Positions 38,921 to 51,600 of a stretch of DNA of 64,000 nt are shown piece by piece; positions within the stretch are counted from its first letter, which is position 1; every line of letters starts with the position of its first letter. Source of the stretch: Mobula hypostoma (taxonomy: Eukaryota); assembly GCF_963921235.1 (NCBI RefSeq), contig NC_086097.1:194992001-195056000 (forward strand). The letters run 5' to 3'. The position numbers were made by a program, and so were the translations under genes. The notes beneath the pieces are model-generated. The model was given only the letters and a program-made list of their open reading frames with translations, made no database searches and was not told the DNA's origin.

Positions 38921-40759
38921 CTGCATTCCAATTTTCCCATCTCCATTTGGCTCTCTGGTGAATCTGGCTGCAATGAACAAAGCTTCTTTCCTAAGGTTAA
39001 TAAGATATCTTATAGTCATCCTTTATTTGGTTAAATATGCATCTCTTCCTTGAAATGTTGTTAAATATTTAACAAATACAAGTGCCCATCTGTTCATCCA
39101 ACATGCTGGTTTTCAACTTTCACTCAGTTATTACTAGAATATGATGAAGCTGGGGTAAATCCAAAGGTAGTAATTGTGTGCTGAAAACACAATAGTAATT
39201 ATATCCAGTGGCAGCCATGATCTTCATTTATTCCCCCTTTACTCAAATTTTAAGTACATTTTCCATGGGTGGCAAAGCCCCTTCCTTTAGCTGCTTCTCA
39301 TATTTTAATATAAAACGATATATCAATTCCACACAGCAGGAGACCATTTGTTCCATATTTCCTGCCTCATCAGTGATAGGTCATTCCAATTAGTTCTCTC
39401 ACATGGTCTTGTTCTACAAATAATTTATTTTTATTTGTTTATCAAGTTCCTATTACAATTGAATTTGTTTACAGCAATGTGTTCTAGATCATAACAACTC
39501 ACTGTTCCTTATAGTTGCCACTCAGTCTGCTTATGGAAACATTTCTCCTTGTATTTCCCATTAAAAATCCACATAAACTTTGACACTATTATTCTCCCTA
39601 TATTCATGTTTACTCAAGGGAGAACATCACCAACTTCACTAGTTTCTCCAATGAATTGAACTCTCTTTATATTTTCTCAGTATGTTCCCAATATCATGAC
39701 ATTCTTCCTCAGTTATGCAACCTAAAGCTGAAAACTTTATCTATGTTCAAATCTAACCAGAGAATTAAAAAGAATATTAGATAGAGTTACAGTGGCCAAA
39801 AATCATAGCTTTGTTGCTGTGTTGTGCAACTTTTCAGTTTGCTCACCCCTTCCCCTAGCTACCATCTACAGCTGACTCACAAGTTTTCAGCTTGTGAATC
39901 AGAAATCCTGTTAGCTCACTTTACATTCTTCATAGCCTGCTTGTCTGTTCCTCTCCTGTGGTCTCCAGTTCCACCCACATTCATATCTCAACTTTTTGTT
40001 TTCATTTTGTTCTTTGCTGTGCCTGAAGCCACAGCGTACTACTTAGAATTTCTGTCTTCCTCTTTTATCTCTGCCTACTTGCTGGCTTTCAGCCCGAACC
40101 TGCTTTGATTTTCATATTGATTTCCTTGCCTTCACTTTGATTTCTGTCACCTTATGTAAGTTTCATTGTCCTATTATCTCTATCCTTATCCCTCTGGCTC
40201 AACCCAGCTGCTCTTATTTCAACTTACCCCCAAAGGCCTTACAGCCTGTGCTGAAAGCTTTGATTTTGCTTTGCACTTTAATACTCTTCAGCCTGCAGGG
40301 CATGACCAGGGCCCTTTATTTGTTCTTTTTAATATTTGGTGGAGAGATCACTCAGAGGTTACGGATATACTGGCTCTTGTGACAAATGACTCCTCTTCTT
40401 TAACCCTGTCTTGAAGTGTGATATAGAAATGGAAGTGTGATATTTGAATTGTGATGGAGGCATGGTGAGGTTTAGTAGAAATGAAAAAAAGTTTCAGCAA
40501 CAGAAATGTACATTAGGCATATTAGGGTCAAAATCCTCAGTCAGTTACATTGACCCCCAGTGCTACTGAAGGCACCTTATTGGAAAATGAATTGAACTTG
40601 TCTGGAATGAACCGACCCAACATGGTTTTTGTTGTCAGAGTCAGCAAGAGAGAACAATAATTTCTTTATGAACCAGTGAGGGACCAGGTCCAGTGATGAA
40701 GTTCCTCAATGATAGTAGTCATGTATTACCTGGGGGCGGGGGCACATAAGTGATAAGGG

Positions 40760-41237
40760 GACATAGAGCAGTACACCACCCTACACAGTGCATTCCAGGC
40801 ACCCACCACTCTCTATGAAAAAGTACTGCTTCTCACAGCTCTTTGAAGTTAGCCCCTCTTAAATGCATGTCCTCTGATATTTGACATTTTATCTCTTGGA
40901 AAAAGATATCTGTTTACACTAACCATGCCTCTCATAATCTTATAAATCTCAATCAGCTCTCCCCTCAGCCTCTGCCACTCCAGAGTAAACAACCCAAATA
41001 TGTCCAACCTCTCATCTCTCTAATCCGGGCAACATCCTTGTAAAGCTCTTCTGTACGCTCTCTACCCTTGACATCTATCCTATAGTGGGGCAACCAGATA
41101 TGTATGCACTACTCCAGATATGCCCTAATTAGAGCTTTATAAAGATGCAACATAATGTCCTGACTTCTGAACTCAGTGCCTTGACTAATAAAGGCAAACA
41201 CCCCATATGCCTTCTTAACCACCCCATCAACCTGGGT
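40760..41237 (-). mobile_element. Decayed CR1 3' portion
   Basis: Reversed CR1 ORF2 C-terminal motifs (cattccaggcacccaccactctc; actactccagatatg). Confidence 0.7.
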
Positions 41238-41783
41238 AAATGGCCATTTCCGGTGCAAAAGTTTTATATCAGCTGACATTCTGTTGCACCTGTTAATAAG
41301 TTCATCTTTGTGAAATCAGAAAAACAAAAACAAAGCTGTATAGTGGATCTGTTGAAAATAGGAAATAAAAACAAAAAAAAAGTTTGAGATAATTCCATGA
41401 GCTACTGACATTTTATAACTCATAGCAGAAATCATGTTCTAGTTCTGTAATTGACACTCTTGAAACCTGAAAAAACAATCAGTAAAGAGCTTGTTTAAAA
41501 AGAAAAGAGGAAAATATATCACAAAGAGTAAAATGTCACAATAACTCTTTTTCACCTCAAAGTATCCTATTATCATCTTTTTCCAGACCTTCCCAGGGAG
41601 TCGATTTTGGCAGAAGCTCACAAAAGTTTCAGCAATCAATCTATTTTTTTTTCAAGGGATATCAGGCAGAAATTGAAAATTCTCAATTAAAACCGAGTGT
41701 CTTTTTTGATCTGCTGCAGCTATCTCTTCAATTTCTAATGCTGGAGAAAATAGCATTCATTTTTTTTTTACTATGCATTCACG

Positions 41784-41796
41784 GTTGCTAGGCAAT
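41784..41796. promoter_or_regulatory. Possible RFX X-box
   Basis: GTTGCTAGGCAAT, one mismatch from GTTGCTAGGCAAC, in non-repetitive DNA. Motif match only. Confidence 0.25.
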
Positions 41797-41934
41797 ACAC
41801 AGTGCTGTGCAGCGATCTAGGTATCATATTGCTTTCTTTCCCATAAACCTTCATGGCAGTTTAATTATTTACTTTCTTTTACTGGGTGGTTATCCAATTA
41901 GAACCCTCCAAGCAACAAGGAGAGTATACAAGAA

Positions 41935-42206
41935 TGAATGGCAGATGATTCAAAATGCCCAAGGTGTACTCCTGGGCATGAAGATGCCCTCCCATCAACG
42001 TTTTAGGAATAGCCTGCTCCCTTCCACCATCAAAATGGACAATGAAAACTGCCACAATATTTTTGCTCTCTATTTGCACTACATATTTACTTTAAAATTA
42101 TATATATATATTTCTTGTTGTAATTTACAGTTTTTATGTATTGCACTGTACTGTTTTACCACAAAACTACAAACTTCAAACATATGTCAGTGATATTAAA
42201 CCTGGT
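41935..42206 (+). mobile_element. Rex1-like LINE 3' end, target of the BEL insertion (tail resumes at 46660-46680)
   Basis: RFRNSLLPSTIK peptide. The tail attaaacctggt continues as tctgattct...tctgattct after the BEL element. Confidence 0.7.
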
Positions 42207-42871
42207 TGTGCTGCCTTAAGTCAGTTATTTTATTTGTCATTTAGCACCCTTTGCTGGTGGTTTTGTATTGCAGTCATTTAGGTCATGTGATCTGTGACTC
42301 TAGTTGATGACATCATCAGTAGGCGTCAAGACAGTTCTCCATGTAGAGTTGAGGGAGAGCTTGTGCCTTTTCATCTGACATCATCCTGACGTTCAGGTCT
42401 TTGAAATCATCGTTGGTATGTAAAAGTAATCTTTGTGTTTATTATTTATTGATGTATATGCATATTTCCACAAATTAGAGATATTTGAATGGTTTGTGTG
42501 CAGATGGAATATTCATGCGGGCCACATGTTCTGGCTAACCTGTAGTGAGAAAATGTGCATAAGATATATTGTATGTAGCAACATCTTGCTTACCAGTAGC
42601 CTATCTTTATGATATATTTGGAACTTATTTGAATACAGTATCTTGTGTATTATTTTGTATCATTTGTGCTATACTTAATGCTTGCCTTGTACTTAACCAT
42701 AATGGGAATTTGGACGCCTTTTGATTGGATGTTTTTCTTTCTGTCAGTTTTACCCTACTGCCAGTTGCTACAATAAAGAAAGTCAACTTGGAATATTTTT
42801 GTCAGTGTGGTAATTGGGATGGAGTTTATCTGCCTGTCAATTCATGCAAGGCGTGTGAAGAGGACAAGAGA
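42207..42871 (+). repeat. BEL 5' LTR
   Basis: About 95% identical to 45988-46654 by manual comparison (~33 substitutions, 2 indels). Confidence 0.92.
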
Positions 42872-42886
42872 GTAAAATGACGCTTT

Positions 42887-43467
42887 TTGGAATACAAAGG
42901 CAATTCTCTTTTCAAAAAGTCAGACAAAAAATCACCAGGATGTCAGTCACTACAGACAAGGTCTCAAGCCTCAGGTTCGTCTTCATCCAAACGATCATAT
43001 GACTCCTCCATCAGTGCAGCCGCAGCCTCAGCTTGTGCTGAAGCCCAAGCCGCGAAAGTGGAGGCAGCATTTGCAGGAAAAAAACGCCAATCAAAATGGA
43101 ACAAGCACGCTTAGAGGTATCACTTGATGCCCTTCAATGGGAGAAAAGAGCTGCAGCTGCGGTAGCTAAAGCTGAAGCATTAGAGGCAGCCATGGAAGAG
43201 CAAAATGAGGATCTCATCTCCAAAATTAATCTTCAAACCCATGATCCAGCAGAGTGCACAAAAAAGTATGTGGAAGAGCAGGCAAAGCATGCTACCTATC
43301 AGTCAATACCTACATTAGAAGGAGTCTCTACTAACAGTGTTAGTCAACTAGCCACTGTTGTACAGCGTCCACCCAAAGCTACTGTGCAGAGTCACATTCA
43401 GGATGATAAGCCCAGTCATGACCGTCATCCTCAGGAATGTATTTCATTCGTTGGAAATCAGTTAAGG
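42887..43467 (+). pseudogene. BEL gag N-terminal fragment (frameshifted)
   Basis: Ser-rich then Ala/Glu coiled-coil segment (SAAAASACAEAQAAKVEAAFA; EKRAAAAVAKAEALEAA), typical of the start of fish BEL polyproteins. Confidence 0.65.
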
Positions 43468-44244
43468 CAGTGGTCCCCAACCACCGGGCCACGGACCGGT
43501 ACCGGGCTGCAAAGCATGTGCTACCGGGCCACGTAACGATATGAGTCAGCTGCACCTTTCCTCATTCCCTGTCACACACTGTTGAACTTGAACATAGGGT
43601 TGCCAACTGTCCCGTATTTGCTGGGACATCCTGTATATCGGGCTAAATTGGTTTCTCCCATACGGGACCGCCCTTGTCCTGTATTTCCCCCACTAAGGTA
43701 GAGCATTCCTATGAAACCTTTTGTTCTGAAATGGCGTAAAGCGAAGGAGCAATTACCATTAATTTATATGGGAAAAATTTTTGAGCATTCCCAGACCCAA
43801 AAAATAACCTACCACATCACACATAAAACCTAAAATAACGCTAACATATAGTAAAAGCAGAAATGATATGATAAATACACAGCCTATATAAAGTAGAAAT
43901 AATGTATGTACAGTATAGTCGGGAAGATTAAGCCAAAACCGATTTGTGGGAAAAAAATCGGCCACACGTGCATGCACAGGGCACACATGCGCATACAGGT
44001 GCCTGCGCAAGGCTTCATAGTCATGGTAGTCTTTTCTGGGATAAACATGTGTCCTGGGATCTAACTGCTACTTTTGTCCCTTATTTGGGAGTGAGAAAGT
44101 TGGCAACACTAACTGTAAAAGACATGTTGAGGTGAGTTTAACCCTACCTGACCACCGCCCCCCCCCCCCCCCGGGTCAGCAGGTCCGCTACAATATTGTC
44201 AATATTAAACTGGTCCGCCATGCCGAAAAGCTTGGGGGCACCTG
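43468..44244. mobile_element. Non-autonomous hAT (Charlie-like) transposon nested in the BEL element
   Basis: Imperfect TIRs cagtggtccccaacc and gcttgggggcacctg. Perfect 8-bp TSD agttaagg (43460-43467, 44245-44252). Confidence 0.9.
43595..44111. mobile_element. Inner TIR element with TAGGGTTGCCA ends (hAT Blackjack-like)
   Basis: tagggttgccaact and agttggcaacacta inverted repeats with subterminal tgtccc/gggaca motifs. No TSD is visible. Confidence 0.7.
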
Positions 44245-44393
44245 AGTTAAGGCACATTGAGATAGCTGACTTGAACCTCAGCACTTTGAGCACTTTTCTA
44301 CCTGGAGGGCTCTTACTCATGCCATATCTCATCTCAGACATATTGCATGCCTTTTCAAGAAGACCTGAGAAGATTCTACAGGGAGCGGCAAGG

Positions 44394-44564
44394 GATGTCA
44401 TCATTGTGAGACACCATACACAGTGGAGGAACTCAGTCAGAGCAAAGATGTCATCATTGTGAGACACCATACACAGTGGAGGAACTCAGTCAGAGCAAAG
44501 ATGTCATCATTGTGAGACACCATGCACAGTGGAGGAACTCAGTCAGAGCAAAAATGTCATCATT
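44394..44564 (+). repeat. Tandem triplication of a 53-bp unit in BEL pol
   Basis: Units start at 44394, 44447 and 44500 and are near-identical. The array is bounded by atgtcatcatt. Confidence 0.95.
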
Positions 44565-45911
44565 CAATCTGTGCAGCAGGAAACTTATGCTGAAGAAATG
44601 GAATGTATCAGGATCCAAAGAGATATCTCTAAGGACAGTCCTCTGAGGATGCTAGATCCATTTATTGGTGAGGACAGCCTATTAAGAGTCGGTGGACGTG
44701 TACAGGAATCATAGTTGGGACATGGAGAAGAGGCCCCTAATCATTCCCAAATGGCATCATGTTACATTACTCCTTGTGCAACATTACCATGTGGAGTCAC
44801 AACATCAAGGACGCCATTTTGCTGAAGGCACTGTCCGCTCAGCTGGTTACTGGATTGTGGGTGCCTAAAGGTGTGTAAGCAGTTTCATCTTCAAGTGCAT
44901 CACCTGCCGTAAGCTTTGGGGGACATGAGAAGTCCAAAAAATGGCTGACTTACCTCCTGATAGACTCAGCATGGAACCGCCTTTCACGTATGTTGGTGTT
45001 GATGTATTTGGACCGTGGACCATCTCTGCACGCTATACAAGGGGTGGCCACGCCGAAAGTAAAAGATGGGCAGTTTTATTTACCTGTTTAAGCAGCAGAG
45101 CCATCCACCTCGAGATCATAGAGTCAATGGACAGCTCAAGTTTTATAAATGCCCTGAGAAGGTTCCTGGGGATCCGTGGGCCAGTCAAGCAAATCCGTTC
45201 TGACTGGGGAACGAACTTCATCAGAGCGTGCAAAGATCTAGGAATCTCTTCCAATGTTGACAAAGATGTGGTGAAGAGGTATCTTTCGGAAAAGGGATGT
45301 ACCTGGACATTCAATTCGCCTCATTCCTCCCATATGGGAGGGGCAAGGGAGAGAATGATCAGCATCACCCGCAAAATCCTGGACTCCATGCTTCTCCAGT
45401 CAGGGCTTTGTAGACTCACTCATGAGGTGCTCACCACCTTTATGGCCGCGGTGATGGCCATTGTGAACAATAGACCTCTCGTGTCCGTGTCTACGGATGC
45501 AGAAGATCCATTCATTCTCACTCCTGCCACGCTGCTCACACAGAAAAGCAGCCCTTATCCCATTCCTCCAGGTGAGTTCGACAGCAAGGACCTGTACAAG
45601 AGACAGTGGCGGCAGGTGCAAAGCCTTGCCAGTACCTTCTGGGACAGGTGGCGCAAACAATACTTGTCTAACTTGCAGTAACGAGGAAGTGGACATCCAG
45701 AAGGCCAAACATCATACCAGGATCTGTGGTGCTCATGAGGGATTGTCAATCCAAGAGAAGTGACCGGCCTTTAGGAGTCATAACTCAGGTATTTCCCAGC
45801 AAGGACGGAAGAGTCCGTAAGGTTAAGGTGAAGATCAACAGATGTGATGGAACAAAGCTATTACTCAGGCCTGTGGCTGAAGTGATCCTGCTGCTCTCCC
45901 CTGAGGATTAG
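44529..45911 (+). pseudogene. BEL/Pao integrase (HHCC region, DDE core, C-terminal domain), disrupted
   Basis: LDPFIGEDSLLRVGGR; MADLPPDRL..EPPFTYVGVDVFGP...IRSDWGTNF...HMGGARER...FWDRWRKQYL; VITQVFPSKDGRVRKV. Confidence 0.92.
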
Positions 45912-45987
45912 GAATGAGGGACTTCCTCATTTAGAGGTGAACTGTGAAAGTGTTAAATTGTGGTATCTAGGGATACCAGGCAGAGAG

Positions 45988-46654
45988 TGTGCTGCCTTAA
46001 GTCAGTTATTTTATTTGTCATTTAGCACCCTTTGCTGGTGGTTTTGTATTACAGTCATTTAGGTCATGTGATCTGTGTCTCTAGTTGATGACATCATCAG
46101 TAGGCGTCGAGACAGTTCTCCATGTAGAGTTGAGGGAGAGCTTGTGCCTTTTCATCTGACATCATCCTGACGTTCAGGTCTTTGAAATCATTGTCGGTTA
46201 TGTAAAAGTAATCTTTGTGTTTACTATTTATTGATGTATATGCATATTTCCACAAATCAGAGATATTTGAATGGTTTGTGTGCAGATGGAATATTCATGT
46301 GAGCCACGCGTTCCGGCTAACCTGTAGTGAGAAAATGTGCATAAGATACATTGTACATAGCAACATCTTGCTTACCAGTAGCCTATCTTGATGATATATT
46401 TGAAACTTATTTGTATACAGTATCTTGTGTATTATTTTGTATCATTTGTGGTATACTTAATGCTTGCCTTGTACTTAACCATAATGGGAATTCGGACACC
46501 TTTTGATTGTATGTTTTTCTTTCTGTCAGTTTTACCCTACTGCCAGTTGTTACATTAAAGAACATCAATTTGGAACATCTTTGTCAGTGTGGTAATTGGG
46601 GATGGTGTTTATCTGCCTGTCAATTCATGCAAGGCGTGTGAAGAGGAGAGGACA
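45988..46654 (+). repeat. BEL 3' LTR
   Basis: TG...CA ends, preceded by the PPT and followed by TSD ctggt. Confidence 0.93.
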
Positions 46655-47444
46655 CTGGTTCTGATTCTTAGTCTGATTCTATCCTCTTTACTAGAGTGAT
46701 TACTTTCAAATACTGTACTATTTGTGAGGTAATAACCAAAAGTAGGGTGTGGGACATTCTCATCCCAGCATCTACACTGGAATTCATATGCATGGGGCTT
46801 TAGGTTCTCTGTGCTCCCAACATATGTATATCTCTGTCCAATTTTCTTTCTGTGAATAAATATGTAATTAGCTGACTTCAATTTATTTTAAATTAACACG
46901 TTCACACCCATGAATTAACCCTGGATGGAAAAGCCAGGTCCCATATTTCATTGTATGCAAATGAATTCCAGTGGCAGGAGTAAAATGGGGTTGTTTCCAT
47001 ATTAATTGAATTTAAACTGCAGCTAAGGTATGAAAGGATACAACTGCTCTGGAATGAGAGATTTGCAGGGAAGCATTCCTTTTCAGTGGAAAAATCCCTT
47101 ACAGCCTTGTTAGAGCCATCAAATGCCACAAGAAGGATTTCTTATTGAAAAGTCATCGTGTTTTGAATGTTTCTATATTGACCTGTACAGTGATGGGAAT
47201 AAAGTTGCAGACGCCAATCTGATTTGAAATCGAACATTTGCTTGCTTTTGACTACATAGCGTCAAAGGATTTAACAAAGAGGTAGTATTACACTGATATT
47301 TTTTGGCATTTGTAGTGATGAAAAGTAAGACTAAAAATGTTTTCAAATTTTAAATTACTGCTTCAGTGTTTGACACAGCCTCATATTTCTTTGTCTGCCC
47401 ATAATTAAATGGTAGCTTCTATATGCAAACAAAATTCTCCATGG

Positions 47445-48432
47445 AACAAAATCTATAACACCTAGAAGATGTTAGAAGTAGGATTCTGCAGGTATCAGTT
47501 GTGGGGCCACTGCTGTTTTTAGTTTACGTTAATGATTTGGATAAGCACATAACAAAGAAACTAGTAAAAATTTGCCAATGACACAAAATTAGGGGGATGG
47601 GCTAGTAACATTCAGGCAGCAGAATCAATACAGTAAGATCTAAACAAGATCCAGGTTTGGACAGATAAGTGGCAGATGAAATTTAATGTAAGTAAATGTG
47701 AAGTATTACATATAGGAAGTAGAAATAATAGATATAAATATACAATGGGGGACCTTGAGTTAGAAAGTCCACTGTGTGAGAAGGATTTGTTCGTCCCGGT
47801 AGACTCATCACAATCAACATCTAGACAATGCACAGAACAATTAGGAAGCCTAGTAGAATATTGGGCTCTATAATGTGCTCAGTGGAGTTCAAGTCTAGAG
47901 GTGTTCTCCTTAAGTGATCTAATATGCTTGCGAGGCCATACCTTGGCTACTGTGTACAAGTTTGGTCTCCATATTGTGTGAGGGATGTGAAGGGACTGTA
48001 GAGAGTCTAGAGAAGGGCAGCGAGAGTCGTTGCAAGTCTGCAGGGTATGAGCTGTGAAGAAAGATTGAAAGACTTAAATCTTTTTAGCCTAAGTAGATGT
48101 AGAATGAGATGAGACATGATAGAAGTGTTCAAGATCATGAAGGGTATATATAAGTTAAATGGATGTCAGTTGCTAATTCATCATCAAGGACATAGGGCCA
48201 TAGGTGGAGACTGGTTAAGGGGAGGTTTCAGACTAACTTCAGGAAGCATTTCCTTACAAAGCAAGTTGTGGACACATGGAACAAACTAACAAGTTGTGTA
48301 GTTGAGAGTAGTACCTTAGAGATTTTCAAATCTAAACTCGACAGTTATTTCAACACACTATGTGAATAGGGATTTGGAAAGCTTTGTTGGGCCGAATGGC
48401 CTGTTCTTATCAAAAACTTTCTGATGTTCTAT
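47445..48432 (+). mobile_element. Diverged CR1 (RT to 3' tail)
   Basis: SGILQVSVVGPLLFLVYVNDLD and WQMKFNVSKCEVLHIG. Tail gggccgaatggcctgttct. Confidence 0.85.
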
Positions 48433-48629
48433 CTTTTATTTGGCCTCTTCAAATTTTACTTCCTTCCCCCTCGTCTTTACTCATTACCCTGCTTGTAGCT
48501 TTGTTTATTTCTGTTTTCAAAGCTCTTTTGGGTATTTTTGCAAGTTTGCTTTTGATTTTTGCCAATGATATTTTGCTAAACTCCAAATCCTTTAAAGCGG
48601 AGGTTGATAGGTTCTTAGAGTTATAGGTT

Positions 48630-51600
48630 CATAGTATTAGAAGCATAGAAACCCCACAGCACAATACAGGTCCTCGGCCCACAAAGCCGTGCTGAACGTG
48701 TCCTTACCTTAGAAATTACCTAGGGTTACCCACAGCCTTCGATTTTTTTAAGCTCCATGTACCTATCAAGCAGTCTCTTAAAAGACCTTATCATATCCAC
48801 CTCCATCACCTTCGCTGGCAGCCCATTCCGTGCACTCACCACTCCTGACATCTCCTCTGTACCTACTTCCAAGCACCTTAAAAATGTGCCCTCTTGTGCT
48901 AGCATTTTCAGCCCTGGGAAAAAGCCTCTGACTATCCACACAATCAATGACTCTCATCATCTTATACACCTCTATCAGGTCATCTCTCATCCTTCGCCGC
49001 TCCAAGGATTAAAGGCTGAGTTCACTCAACCTGTTCTCATAAGGCATGCTCCCCAATCCAGACAACATTCTTGTAAATCTCCACTGCACCTTTTCTATGG
49101 TTTCCACATCCTTCCTGTAGCGAGGTGACCAGAACTGAGCATAGTACTCCAAGTGGGGTCTGACCAGGGTCTACTATAGCTGTAACATTACCGCTCGGCT
49201 CTTGAATTCAATCCCACAGTTGATGAAGGCCAATGCACCTTATGCCTTCTTAACCATAGAGTCAACCTGCGCAGCAGCTTTGAGTGTCCTATGGACTTGG
49301 ACCCCAAGATCCCTCTGATCCTCCACACTGCCAAGGATCTTACCATTAATACTATAGTCTGCCATCATATTTGACCTACCAAAATGAACCACTTCGCACT
49401 TATCTGGGTTGAACTCCATTTGCCACTTCTCAGCCCAGATTTGCATCCTATCAATGTCCCGCTGTAACCTCTGCTGTCCCCCCACATTATCCACAACACC
49501 CCCAACCTTTGTTTCATCAGCAAATTTACTAACCCATCCCTCCACTTCCTCATCCAGGTCATTTATAAAAATCACGAAGAGTAGGGGTCCCAGAACAGAT
49601 CCCTGAGGCACATCACTGGTCACCAACTTCCATGCAGAATATGACCCATCTACAACCACTCTTTGCCTTCTGTGGGCAAGCCAGTTCTGGATTCACAAAG
49701 CAATATCTCCTTGGATCCTATGCTTCCTTACTTTCTCAATAAGCCTTGAATGGGGTACAGTACCTTATCAAATGCCTTGCTGAAATCCATATACACTACA
49801 TCTACTGCTCTACCTTCATCAATGTGTTTAGTTACATTCTCAAAAAATTCAATCAGCCTCGTAAGGCATGACCTGCCTTTGACAAAGCCATGCTGAATAT
49901 TCCTAATCATATTATGCCTCTCCAAATGTTCATAAATCCTGCCTCTCAGGATCTTCTCCATCAACTTACAAACCACTGAAGTAAGACTTACTGGTCTCAC
50001 TGGTCTATGATTTCCTGAGCTATCTCAACTCCCTTTCTTGAATAAGGGAACATCATCTGCAACCCTCCAATCCTCCAGAACCTCTCCCTTCCCCATCGAT
50101 GATGCAAAGATCATCACCAGAGGCTCAGCAATCTCCTCCCTCAATTCCCATAGTAGCATGTGGTACACCTCGTCCAGTCCCGGTGACTTATCTAACTTGA
50201 TGCTTTCCAAAAGCTCCTGCACATCCTCTTTCTTAATATCTACATGCTCAAGCTTTTCAGTCCACTGTAAGTCATCCCTACAACTGCCAAGATCCTTTTC
50301 CATAGTGAATACTGAAGCAAAGTATTCACTAAGTACCCCTGCTATCTCCTCCAGTTCCATACACACTTTTCCACTGTCACACTTGATTGGTCCTATTCTC
50401 TATCGTCTTATCCTCTTGCTGTTCACATACTGATAGAATGCCTTAGGGTTTTCCCTAATCCTGTCCACCATGGCCCCTTCTGGCTCTCCTAATTTCATTC
50501 TTAAGCTCCTTCCTGCTAGCCTTATAACCTTCTAGATCTCTATCATTACCTAGTTTTTTGAACCTTTTGTAGGCTTTTCTTTGCTTCTTGACTAGACTTA
50601 CAGCAGCCTTTGTACACAACGGTTCCTGTACCCTACATCCTTTCCCTGTCTCATTGGAATGTACCTATGCAGAACCCCATGCAAATACCCCCTGAACATT
50701 TGCCACATTACTTCTGTACATTTCCCTGTGAATATCTGTTCCAATTTATGCTTCCATGTTCTTGCCTGATAGCCTCATATTTCCCCTTACTCCAATTAAA
50801 AGTTTCCCTAACTTGTCTGTTCCTATCCCTCTCCAATGCTATGGTAAAGGAGATAGAATTGTGATCACTATCTCCAAAATGCTCTCCCACTGAGAGACCT
50901 GACATCTGACCAGGTTCATTTCCCAATACCAGATCAAGTACAGCCTCTCCTCTTCCAGGTTTATCTACATATTGTGTCAAGAAACCTTCCTGAGCATACC
51001 TAACAAACCCCACCCCATCTAAGCCCCTTGCTCTTGGGAGATGCCAATCGAAATTTGGGAAATTAAAATCTCCCACCACAACAGCCCTGTTGTTTTTACA
51101 CCTTTCTATAATCTGTCTCCCTATCTGCTCCTCAATGTCCCTGTTACTATTGTGTGGTCTGTAAGATACACCCGGTAGACTTACTGATCCATTCCTTTTC
51201 CTAACTTCCACCCACAGAGACTCCATAGACAATCCCTCCATGACTTCTTCCTTTTCTGCAGCCGTGACACTATCTCTGATCAACAGTGCCATGCCCCCAC
51301 CTCTTTTGCCTCCAACCCTGTCCTTTCCAAAACATCTAAAGCCTGGCACTCAAAGTAACCATTCCTGCACCCAAGCCATCCAAGACTCTTTAGTGACCAC
51401 AACATCATAGATCCACGCTCCAAACTCATCTGCTTTATTCATAATTCTCCTTGCATTAAGGTAGACACATCTCAAACCATTGGTCTGAGCACATCCCTCC
51501 TCTATCATCTGCCTATCCTCCCTCTCAGACCGTCTCCAAGCTTTCTCTATTTGTGAGCCAACCGCCTCTTCCTCTGTCTCTTCAGTTCAGTTCCCACCCC

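Larger units (their letters stand above)
42207..46654 (+). mobile_element. BEL/Pao LTR retrotransposon, internally deleted (no protease, RT or RNase H visible)
   Basis: Two ~666-bp LTRs starting TGTG. 5-bp TSD ctggt (42202-42206, 46655-46659). PPT aggcagagag (45978-45987). BEL-type integrase. Confidence 0.95.

Noticed and set aside
44394..44564. Repeat array as a possible CRISPR
   Set aside because: Head-to-tail identical units with no unique spacers, located inside a eukaryotic BEL element.
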